A DNA stretch of 64,000 bases from Eledone cirrhosa (lineage: Eukaryota), in NCBI GenBank assembly GCA_964016885.1, contig OZ024759.1, positions 25,172,001-25,236,000 of the forward strand, given 5' to 3'. A model generated the notes under the pieces. That model was not told where the DNA came from, searched no databases, and saw only the letters and a program-made list of their open reading frames with translations. The position numbers and the translations under genes are program-made. Of this stretch, positions 52,753 through 64,000 are shown piece after piece. Every line of letters starts with the position of its first letter. The stretch's first letter is position 1.

Positions 52753-54028
52753 TTATATATATATATATAACGGTATGTTCTATTTAATATTTTTGTTAAA
52801 TTTCTATATACTGCTCATTTGTAATTATATGTTCTTTCATCCTTTGCAAATTATCTGTTTTAATGTTTGATATGTTTATATATGTCATTCGTTTTTGAAT
52901 TTATATATATATATAAAGTTAAGGGCCAAAACCATAGCATGAGGTGGGATTTCTTCAATGAAGATCTTCTGCTGTCCAACTTTCCTGGTAGTCTTTTACC
53001 ACTAACCAAATAATGTTTATTTTAGCAAAGATGGGAATATTCTGACATTTCTGCATATTTATGTCTTGAAATGTTATCTGTCTGAATGAATAAACTGTCA
53101 CTTTAGTCTACAATGGGGAGTATGATCTGGATGACACAGTTTGAGGTCATAACCAGGATTCTTATTTCCTGTTGACTTACTTCAATCTGGTTGACACAGT
53201 TTGAGGTCAATAACTAGGATTCTTATTTCTTGTTGACTTACTTAAATGCACCCAGAAAACTCTCTAAAGTGGAAGTGCTGATGTCATAATAAAATACACC
53301 CAGTGAGCTCTGTAAAGTGGTAATGCTGATGTCATTATAAAGTGCAGCCAGTACACTGTGGGTTTGTGGGGTATAAACAAACAGACAGTATACTGCTACA
53401 TTTTTTAGGATGGGCTGAGAGGTGTGGTTGGGTTGGGGGGGTTATAGCATCTACTATTCCCACCTCACCCACTTTCCTTCCCAGACACCCAGATCAGAGC
53501 AATGAAACAAACTTCCTAACCCTTTGGTCATATCTTGTCAAATCCTATCTTTTAAACCCACAGAAACCAGGATAAACACCAGCCTGGTGAGTCTCCGGGC
53601 TTGCGAGAGACTTTAACCATGTGATAGACTGGTGTCCTATCCAGGGGAAGAAGCCTTGAACATTTTTACATTACTCTGTATATACTATTGTATTTTTTGT
53701 GGTAAATACTTCATTTCACATAATTATCTCACATAATAGATTTTGATGTTATTTATTTTGAGAACAATACCTTAATATCAATATGAGCAGCTAGTTATGG
53801 CCAGTTTGAAGAGAAAGAGGTGAGAGAATTCTGGTTGGATACAACCGGTTTAAATGCCACGTTACTTGAGAACTTAATTCGTTCCTAAAGGTTATTTGTT
53901 ACCTAAAATGTTTGTGAACTGAAACTATTTTTCCCATATGAAATGTTGAGAGAGAGAGAGAGAGAGAGAGAGTGAGTGAGTGAGTGAGTGAGTGAGTGAG
54001 TGAGTGAGTGAGTGAGTGAGTGAGTGTG

Positions 54029-54067
<39 letters not shown>

Positions 54068-54527
54068 CACTCTACTTATAGTGGCTAACACCACACCACT
54101 TCTCACTGTCCAATACCTACCTGTAGTTCTTCTTCAAAGCCATTTTCACCACTGATTGCTTTGTTATTTCAGAATTTCAATTGGTCTTCTCTTTAAATAT
54201 TTCTGTTGCCTAGTAACAATATGTTTTTAACCCAAGAATTGGTTATTATATTTTATTGATTTCCTACAGATAAGTAATCAGAAGACACTACTGTGTTTTT
54301 TTTCTTCCTTTTTTTTTTGCCTCAAAACATTTTTATGTTTTGATCTTATTTTTTTTACATCTTTTGTTTTTATTTTATAATTTTATTTGTTCATTTATTT
54401 ATTTATTTATTACAGTTTTTTAATGTTTGTCTTGAAATTAGCTTGATGTTAGTCATAAATTGCTAGTTATAAGAATTATGGTATAGAACTAATGACCATG
54501 TGTCATAAAAAAAAACTTAAACTTATA

Positions 54528-54790
54528 TACAGTGGAACAATGGTTCTCGAATGCCTCTCATCATAAACAGATTGGTTCACAAACAATTTTTCTCAACATA
54601 AAATGTCTCGGTTGAGGAACAGTGACTCAACTAACAAACATGCAAATCAATGGTAGGTGACAAGCTGGGAGTTTCGGCAGGAAAGCATCACTTGCTGTGT
54701 AGCATGGTAAATGATGTTAAACGATGATGATGATTTACAGTATACCCTGGCATTCATGGTCCCGATTATTCACAGAATTTTCTTTAGCAC
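54528..54790 (+). mobile_element. Possible Tigger/pogo-like termini, decayed
   Basis: TA+CAGTGGAAC..GGTTCTCGAA and TA+CAGTATACCC..ATTCATGG resemble Tigger-type TIR starts from recall; no partner TIR found. Confidence 0.3.
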
Positions 54791-54899
54791 CTACCTAATA
54801 ATCTATAGAACTATAACTGTTTCATTCAAAATAAATCATCAGGATTATTTCTTTTGAATGAAACAATTCTTGTCCTGTAGCAGCCATTTATATATATAT

Positions 54900-54930
<31 letters not shown>

Positions 54931-55269
54931 CAGAAGGATACCAACTACAGTGTAGTAAAACATCAGCAGTTGGACCCATATTGGCATTGAGTAACTAAAC
55001 GTTACTCACTAACTATATATATATATATGTATGTATATATATATGTGTATATATATAGTGGTGGAACACTGGAAGGTAATATCCGTAGTGGTAGAGCACT
55101 CAGTCCATGGGACGAGTTAGGTAGAAGTAGTAACACAACAGTTAGTTCACCATACCGAGATCAAATATATATATATTCATACATGTATGTGCACAAAGTG
55201 TTATTTAAATTTCATTACAAGACATTCATCAAGATTCCAAGATTCAATATATGTGTGTATATATATATA

Positions 55270-55315
<46 letters not shown>

Positions 55316-55812
55316 GTCAGGTCACTCTTGAGTGCTACTGGTAACATGTAACCCAATACAACCTGTTGCAGGGCAAAAAACAAAACCTGACAAAGGGCGG
55401 AAGAACTCATAAGAGTCAACGGCCATCCAAAAGTGTGTAAATATGTATATACACATGTACATATGTATGTATATGTGTATATACATGGGTGCATGTGTAT
55501 GTATATGCATGGGGACAAAGAAATAGTCGGGCTGGACACCCGATCGTGTGGTTAAACCATTGGGAGTGAAGAACCCCTAACCTTTGTCAGAGCATTCTTC
55601 TAGGAGAAGGCAACTCAGGAAAATGGGATAACTCGTTTTGGGTTATAGCTACTGTCGCTCAGAGAGTGGGATTGGCTCAGTGCCCAGTCTTTCCTCACTT
55701 TAAAAAAATATCTTCACTCATAGGTATTGCATGATAGAATTAATTAATAATTATCAATAATGGTATATCGTGCAATGGCCATACTCGATAACGAGGGGGA
55801 AGCCATCATCAT
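55316..55812 (+). mobile_element. Second copy of the non-autonomous RTE-derived element
   Basis: Shares blocks with 3599-4206: 5' end, AAAACCTG.CAAAGGGC..TAAGAGTCAA.GGCCAT, CTAGGAGAAGG.AACTC, and 3' end; (TA)n flanks. Confidence 0.6.
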
Positions 55813-55826
55813 ATATGTATATATAC

Positions 55827-55870
<44 letters not shown>

Positions 55871-56014
55871 CATATGAATATATATATATATGTATATATA
55901 TTCATATATATACATATGAATATATATATATATGTATATATATATACATATATATGTATGTATGTATATACATATATATATATACATATGAATATATATA
56001 TATATATATATATT

Positions 56015-56435
56015 AGAAATTAGAAATTATAAGCTTTCACCGTATTTTAGACTAAAGAAATTTCTAGCCTGATAGTGGGGTTTATAACCCTCGGAGAAAT
56101 GGAAAAAGATGAGTGTTGCCGTACATGTACGGCAACACTCATCTATTTCAGAGCACCAATTCTAATTTTCAATTTCTGCTGGACCGGTGACCGCTCTGTA
56201 TAATCAGTTCCTGATTATTACTGGAATTCTATAAGAATCCAACACACATAATTTTCAGCAAACAGGAGGAGTAGTGAGCTTTGATAAGTACCAAAAAGTA
56301 CGAACCACAGCTCTGTCAGTTTATCTCCCCTGTTTGCTGAAAATTTAAATAAGTGACATTGTCACTATTTTAAAACAATAGCGTATGGTCTTCAAAATTC
56401 ATTTAATTAAGCATACAGTGTATTGCAAAATACAC
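56015..56435. other. Multi-hairpin island between (TA)n tracts
   Basis: 38-bp perfect palindrome 56107-56144; 17-bp inverted repeat ~56250-56266 / 56329-56345; shorter hairpins. Confidence 0.7.
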
Positions 56436-56501
<66 letters not shown>

Positions 56502-56517
56502 TATATATATATATATA

Positions 56518-57077
56518 AGACTTGCGTATATTAGAAAGAAACGAAGCCTGCATGCTCCGATGGATGTGTAATAGTAATATATGCAAACGGCAAAGCATAA
56601 GTGAATTGAGAGAGACTGAGCATAAGAGGAATCAAATGCTGTGTGCAGGAAAGGAAGTTGTGTTGGTATGAACATGTGATACATATGAAGGATGACAGCT
56701 GCATAAAAAGGTGCAGAGCACTAGAAGTCGATGGAAGCCGCGGAGTGGGGAGACCCAAGAAGACCTGTGATGAGGTGATGAAAGCCAACCTTACCCAATT
56801 ACATGCAGTAATACAGACCCCCCCCCCCCCACGGGTACAAGCCGAAGCTGAAATATATAGCCCTCACACCCTCCCACTGCAAAGTGGACGTGTAGGCGCC
56901 ACGGAAAAAAGCACCCAGCACTCACTGTAAATGAGGTTGGTGTTAGGAAGGGCATCCAGCAATAGAAATCAAGCCAGAATCAGTTCCCGTATGAGCAAGA
57001 CATGGTCAGCCGACCGGAGAACCCATCTAACCCATGCTAGCGTGGAAGAACGGACGTAAAATGGTGATGATGATGAT
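56518..57077 (+). mobile_element. RTE subfamily C, 5'-truncated, decayed
   Basis: [35 protein letters not shown], then a 3' UTR matching the type B SINE tail, and (GAT)n; (TA)n both sides. Confidence 0.9.
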
Positions 57078-58241
57078 ATATATATATATATATATATGCA
57101 TGTGTGTCATTGGCTGCAATATTAGATGCTTCATGGTTCAACTAGTCAGCATTCCTAGAATTAGTTCTAGCTATTAAACTCTACCATATTCCACCATATT
57201 CCAGCATATTTCACCATATTCCACGACAGTCAAATATTACACAGAAGCTGCCTTTCAATTCAAAAGCGAGTCAAATCATAATTTGATCCATTAATCCACT
57301 GGCCAGCCACTGCAGTCATTGCAGTCGTTCCATGCATACAAATGTACAAATATACAAATGTCATATTTCTTTCAAAGTTAACATTGAAATTCAAATTGCA
57401 TGAATGATATTAAACGAGCCATTTTCATTGATCAACTGAAAGTTAATACTTCAAACTGTCACCTCTTAACGAAGATATTAATATTCAAAGGATCAACATA
57501 TTCTAAACTTACAGGTAAATAACCTTTCTAGGTTTTTTTTTGTTTTCCGTTTTCTTTTTCTTTTTCGTTTGGCTACTTATCACATTGATTGATTTTCCTC
57601 TCTCTGTCTTTGTGTAGACAGCTTTTCTAAAGATATTCTCTCTCTCTCCTGCTCTCACTCTCTGTCTCCATGTAGACTGCTTATCTGAGATATTCTTTCT
57701 CTCTTTCTTTCTCTTTCTCCCACCCACTCACTCTCTCTCTCTCTCTCTCTCTCTCTTCTGTCTTTGTATAGACAGCTTTTCTGAGATATTCTCCCTCTCT
57801 CCCTCACTCTCTCTCTCTAACACACACACACTCTCTCTCTTTCTCCCGCGCTCACTCTCTCACTTCATATATACAGCTTCTCTGAAATAGCTCTCTCCCT
57901 CGTCTTGTCGAAGTAAACGGTTGTGGGTTTCTCTCATGTCAAAGCTCAGGCTATTAATTCTTGACAGTCAAAGATACAGGAAGGCCTTTAACATGCTTAC
58001 ATTATAGCTGTCCATTGATCTTTTCTTCACATATTTCATTATTCCAAAGAGTTTGCCTTTATATATATATATATAGATATATACATATATATGTATATAC
58101 ACATACATATATATGTATATATATACACATACATATATACATATATATATGTATATACACATACATATATATGTATATGTATATATATATACATATATAG
58201 ATATATACACATATATGTATATATATATACATATATATGTA

Positions 58242-58303
<62 letters not shown>

Positions 58304-59109
58304 CATATATATACACATATATACATATATATATATACATATATATATATATACATATATATACATATATATATATATATACATATATATACACACACAC
58401 ACATATATACACATATATATATATATACATAGTTTTTGAAGAATATAGTATTAGATACTTCAGCAGAAATACCATAACCTCTTTCCTCTTCTCTAGCCCT
58501 TGCTTTCTCCCCGTACCCATACACCTCCTTGACATAATCTTATTCACTTCTGCAGCAGTTGGAGAAGATTGTATCTTCTACAGCTTGGTTCGATGTAAAA
58601 TACTTACACACAAACACACACACATATTTATATATACTGTATATATATATATACACACACACACCCGCAATATATATATAGATATAAATATATATTAATT
58701 TTATTATAGATATGACTTCTACAAGATTAGAACTGTTTCTTTCATTTGAAATCATCAGGAATGTATTGAGTAACCTTATTTAACCATGGCTCCTTTCCAT
58801 TCCTCTCTCTCTCCCTCCTTCTTCTACTCTATGAATCCCTATACAAAGTTCTCTTATTTGATATCTCACTGTCAAAGAACTCCCAGCATGTAAGTGGTCC
58901 AAAATAAAGAAAATTTTAGAAACTTTTTGAAATTTTATAAAAATGATAGAAAATTGGTTAAAAAAAAATCATTAGGTAATGCAGTTGTAAAACAAAATCT
59001 ATACTCTAAATGACACTTAAAACATTTCAAATTTCAAAATATTAAAACTTCATAAATATATTTTATAGTCATGAGAATTTCAAAACCACGGCATCTAAAC
59101 ATAATGTGT

Positions 59110-60105
59110 TGATTAGCAACTTATATTGGAGTATATACAGTATATATAAATAGGTAGAGTCGGCATTTATTCGAAGTGGCTTATATTCGAGTATATACAA
59201 TATATATAAATAAATGGAGTTGGCTTATATTCAAATATACACAGCATATATAAATAAGTCGAGTCAACTCATATTGAAACTAGCTTATATTCAAGTGTAT
59301 ACAGTAAATATAAATGGGTAGAATCAGCTTATATTCGAAGTAGCTTATATTTGAGTATATAAAGTATATATGAATAGGTAGAGTCAACTTATATTCAAAG
59401 CATCTTATATTCAAGTATATACAGTATATATACAAATAGATGGAGATGATTTATATTCAAAGTGGCTTATATTTGAATATATACAGTATATATAAATAGG
59501 GGAGTAGGCTTATATTCAAATATATGTAGTATATATAAATAGATGGAGTTGATTTATATTCAAAGTGACTTATATTTGAATATATACAGTATATATAAAT
59601 AGGGGAGTTGGCTTATATTCAAATATATGTAGTATATATAAATAGATGGAGTTGATTTATATTCAAAGTGACTTATATTCGAATATATACAGTATATATA
59701 AATAGGGGAGTTTGCTTATATTCAAATATATACAGTATATATAAATAGGTGGAGTGGACTTATATTCAAAGTGACTGATATTTGAAAATATACAGTATAT
59801 ATAAATAGGGGAGTAGACTTATATTCAAATATATGTAGTATATATAAATAGATGGAGTTGATTTATATTCAAAGTGACTTATATTCGAATATATACAGTA
59901 TATATAAATAGGGGAGTTTGCTTATATTCAAATATATACAGTATATATAAATAGGTGGAGTGGACTTATATTCAAAGTAACTTATATTTGAATATATACA
60001 GTATATATAAATAGGGGAGTTTGCTTATATTCAAATATATACAGTATATATAAATAAGTGAAGTAGACTTATATTCAAAGTGGGTTATATTTGAGTATAT
60101 ATGGT
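59110..60105. repeat. Satellite of alternating ~60 and ~43-bp units (103-bp higher order), resembling a DNA transposon terminus
   Basis: Units end GGCTTATATTCGAGTATATACAGTA; AAATAGATGGAG recurs at 59537, 59640 and 59847. Confidence 0.88.
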
Positions 60106-60162
60106 AGTTTGTTGGGATTTTTTTAATGGTCGATGCATGAAATAGTTTTAAAAACAACTTAC

Positions 60163-60255
60163 CTGTACTGCCATGTTTGACATAGAGTGTGTTATTTATC
60201 CAGTACCCATTAACTAATGGGCTCCGTACATCAATGGTAGTGATATATGTAGAAC
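60163..60255 (-). CDS. Candidate 93-nt internal coding exon of an unidentified host gene
   Basis: Acceptor TTTACTATCAG, donor G/GTAAGT, phase 1-1, open frame STYITTIDVRSPLVNGYWINNTLYVKHGST; unique sequence. No homology recognised. Confidence 0.4.
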
Positions 60256-61349
60256 CTGATAGTAAATAATGTTATCAAATTAAATAGTCAAATATATTTT
60301 TAAGAAGGTTGGTGTATTACTAATTGTAACCAGACACACATACAAATACCCCCACCCCATTTATATATATATATATACACACACATATATATACACATAC
60401 AGATAAACTTAATATGTAAAAAAAAAAAATATATATATATATATATACTTACATACACACACACACATATATACATATATGCATGTATATGTGTGTGAGT
60501 CTGTGTGTATATATATATATATATATATGCATGCACATATACATATACACACACACACAAATATATATGCACATACAAACATACATACACACACACACAC
60601 ACACATATATATATATGTATATATGTATACACATATCATCATCATCATTTTATGTCCACTCAGCTACGTGCTTCCTTCCATAAGTATATAAAATATACTC
60701 CATGTAGGAAATGAATTATCCCACAATGCAATTCTTAAAATTCAAATATAAGACAAAAACATCAAAAATTGTGTAAAACATTTAAAAAAAACTTAAACAA
60801 AAACTAAAAATAATTGAAGTGAAAATTATAAAACAACAGAAACTAAATCTAAATAGAAATATTTTTCTGTCATTAAAGTCTTATACACAGAAAAATCTAA
60901 TTAGCTGATTCTAGATTATCATTTAGATTTTTTCGATTAATTTTTTTTTTGCATTGCTGTATTAAATTAAACATTGTTATATTATATATGTATGTTTGTA
61001 TGTATATATATATATATATATGTACATACATAGTGTGTGTCTGTAAGTGTTTATGTATATCCTGAACCTTCTATGATAAATCACAGACACACACAGACAG
61101 ACACACACATGCAGACACACACACACACACACACATATAGATGCAGACAAACACAAATGCCCAATAAAAAGAAATTGGTATATGTGTGTGTGTGTGTGTA
61201 AACCCAACTGTATAAATTATTCAGCCTTAACTCAGTAGAAATGTCTTTATTTTTGTTACAAATGTCTTGATCTGTAATATTTCACGCCATATACATACAG
61301 CACATACAAACATGCTGGTTGTTTTCTCCTATATAAAGATGTGTGTATA

Positions 61350-61897
61350 CGAGTATCCTAGCTGTGTGTATATACTAGCTGTGTGTGCATATCCAAGTCT
61401 TGTGTGTATATTTTATCTCTGTGTATATCCTAGCTCACTGTGTACTCTAGCTCTCTGTGTAACCTAGCTCTCCGTAAATCCTAGCTGTGTATTCTAGTTA
61501 TTTGTGTACCCTAGCTCTGCCTGTACTCTAGCTGTCTGTGTATACCCTAGTTCTGTGTGTACACTAGCTTTGACTATGTACCCTAGCCCAGTGGGTGTGT
61601 ACACTAGCTTTGACTGTGTACCCTAGTTCTCTGTGTACACTAGCTTTGACTATGTACCCTAGCCCAGTGTGTGTGTACACTAGCTTTGACTGTGTACCCT
61701 GGTTCTCTGTGTACACAAGCTTTGACTGTGTACCTAGTTCTCTGTGTATACAAGCTTTGACTGTGTACCCTAGTTCTCTGTGTACACTAGCTTTGACTGT
61801 GTACCATAGTTCTCTGTGTATACAAGCTTTGACTGTGTACTCTAGCCCAGTGTGTGTACCCTAGCTCATTGTGTACCCTAGCCTTGTGTGCACCCTA
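61350..61897. repeat. ~18-20-bp repeat maturing into 36/40-bp units
   Basis: TAGCTTTGACTGTGTACCCTAGTTCTCTGTGTACAC. Confidence 0.88.
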
Positions 61898-62342
61898 GAT
61901 CTGTTTTCTTCAAGTGCTCCAACCATAATTACAACCCCTATTTGTTCAATGTACTTCTCAAGATCGTTACTCACTGTTCCCAAAACTCCAGCTATTATTG
62001 GCATTACCACCACATCTTTCAGTGACCACAACTGCTTAACCTCCCAAACTAACCTGTCGTATCTATCAACATTTCCCCTTCTTTATCACATCCCTTGTTA
62101 TCACCTGGACAGGCTATATATATGATCCAACACTGTTTGCTTTCTTTCTCAATTAATACAATATCTGGTCTCCTATGCTCAATCTTATGGTCACATTGCA
62201 TCATCATTTTCGATAATACCCTCAGAGTTATATTCATATCACTTTTCTGCTGTCAAGTGCATATTTGCCACAAAGTGCCCAAAGGACTCTCCTTGCTTCG
62301 GTGTCATGACATCTCTTATATTCTTTCTGAGTTAGTGATGTA
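61898..62342 (-). mobile_element. R4/Dong-like non-LTR fragment (restriction-like endonuclease)
   Basis: QKEYKRCHD..VLWALCGKY; QCDHKIEHRRPDIVLIEKESKQCWIIYIACPGD..KE; WEVKQLWSLKDVVVIPIIAGVLGTV. Confidence 0.85.
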
Positions 62343-62365
62343 CATTATTATTATTACTATTATTG

Positions 62366-63030
62366 AAAACAGTGGATTGGCAGTATCAGTGGAGCGTCAG
62401 ACACCATGCTTTGCAACATAGAGTTACGGCCCTGTATGATCTGAGTTCAAATCCCACCCTAGATAACTTTGCCTTTCATCCTTACAGGGTCGATAAAATA
62501 AAGTACCAGTCAAGCACTGGGGTTGATTTAATTGACTTTCCCCTTCCTCAAAATTGATGGCCTTGTGCCTATATAAGAAACCATTGTTATTATTATTATT
62601 GGCACTATTGGTAGAGGGTTGGACGCCATGCTTTGCAACATAGAGTTACGGCCCTTTATGGTCTGAGTTCAAATCCCACCGAGGTTAACTTTGCCTTTCA
62701 TCCTTACAGGGGCGATAAAATAAAGTACCAGTAATGCACTGGGATAATTGCTGGCCTTGTGCCAAAAGTAGAAACAATTATTATTATTATTATTATTGAA
62801 AGCAGTGGATTGGCAGTATCAGTGGAGCATCAGACGCCATGCTTTGCGGCACAGAGTTATAGCCCTTTACTTTCTAAGTTCAAATCCTGTCGAGGTTAGC
62901 TTTCCCTTTCATGCTTACAGGCGTTGATAAAATAAAATACCAATAATGCACTGGGGTCGATTTAATTGACTTTCTCCTCCCCAAAAATTGCTGGCCTTGT
63001 GCCTAAATCAAAAACCATTATTATTATTAT
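62366..63030 (+). mobile_element. Three head-to-tail type A SINEs joined by (ATT)n
   Basis: Units ~62366-62598, 62599-62797 and 62798-63030, each with A/B boxes, core and GGCCTTGTGCC tail; units differ from each other. Confidence 0.9.
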
Positions 63031-63257
63031 TACACAATTCTAAGCTCATCTCATCATCTCATTAATTATTGTTTCAATCAATACAATGCTAGATACATTT
63101 TCATATTTTGTGGGGGGTGGGGGCCTGGGGTTATCAGGGAGGGGCAGTGGAAGCGGAGGGGGCAATAGAAAAACTAGTCTGATGATATATCATGTGATAT
63201 TGAAAAATATTAGATTTAACTGAAGTGAGTTATGAAATCCAAACCACAACTTCGATA

Positions 63258-64000
63258 TGTGTGTTGGTGTGTGTCTGGTGGGAAGTATGTGTGTGAGCAT
63301 GTGTTAGTCTGTGTGTGTGTGCTTGTGTTGGTGTGTGTCTGGTGGGAAGTATGTGTCTGGTGGGAAGTATGTGTGTGGGCCTGTGTTAGTCTGTGTGTGT
63401 GTGCTTGTGTTGGTGTGTGTCTGGTGGGAAGTATGTGTGTGGGCATGTGTTAGTCTGTGTGTTGGTGCGTGTTGGTGCGTGTTGGTGTGTGTCTGGTGAG
63501 AAGTATGTGTGTGGGCATGTGTTAGTCTGTGTGTGTGTGCTTGTGTTGGTGTGTGTCTGGTGGGAAGTATGTGTGTGGGCCTGTGTTAGTCTGTGTGTGT
63601 ATGCTTGTGTTGGTGTGTGTCTGGTGGGAAGTATGTGTGTGGGCATGTGTTAGTCTGTGTGTTGGTGCGTGTTGGTGCGTGTTGGTGTGTGTCTGGTGAG
63701 AAGTATGTGTGTGGGCATGTGTTAGTCTGTGTGTTGGTGTGTGTTGGTGCGTGTTGGTGTGTGTCTGGTGGGAAGTATGTGTGTGGGCCTGTGTTAGTCT
63801 GTGTGTGTGTGCTTGTGTTGGTGTGTGTCTGGTGGGAAGTATGTGTGTGGGCATGTGTTAGTCTGTGTGTGTGTGTGTGTTGGTGTGTGTTGGTGTGTGT
63901 CTGGTGGGAAGTATGTGTGTGGGCATGTGTTAGTCTGTGTGTGTGTGTTGGTGCGTGTTGGTGTGTGTCTGGTGGGAAGTATGTGTGTGGGCCTGTGTTA
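63258..64000. repeat. ~60-70-bp GT-rich minisatellite running off the window end
   Basis: GTGTGTCTGGTGGGAAGTATGTGTGTGGGCATGTGTTAGTCTGTGTG. Confidence 0.95.

Noticed and set aside
54121-54209. Minus-strand exon candidate
   Set aside because: All frames contain stops.

Overview
AT-rich animal genomic DNA, almost entirely microsatellites ((TA)n, (CA)n, (GA)n, trinucleotide tracts), minisatellites and transposable elements. The repeat families suggest a coleoid cephalopod such as Octopus (inference from recall, not a search). No complete host gene, rRNA, true tRNA or CRISPR array is supported, and most listed ORFs are microsatellite artefacts. Recognisable elements: five larger 5'-truncated RTE-clade LINE copies (three subfamilies) plus short 3' stubs; a decayed DD37D (maT) Tc1/mariner transposon; CR1, CRE-like, R4/Dong-like and Penelope-like (GIY-YIG) fragments; three modular tRNA-derived SINE types; small TIR elements. 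Best candidate system: an RTE family apparently targeted to (TA)n. Its copies are bounded by (TA)n at both ends, end in (GAT)n and carry a PHD-type C4HC3 finger inside the RT domain. It has apparent non-autonomous partners: a SINE with the same 3' tail, and a ~0.5-0.6 kb element with an RTE-like 5' UTR and a possible degenerate HDV-like ribozyme. A second theme is Penelope-type ends with degenerate hammerhead motifs and copy-specific inverted arms, also in (TA)n. A few weak minus-strand exon candidates are noted. All family assignments come from motif recognition by eye.
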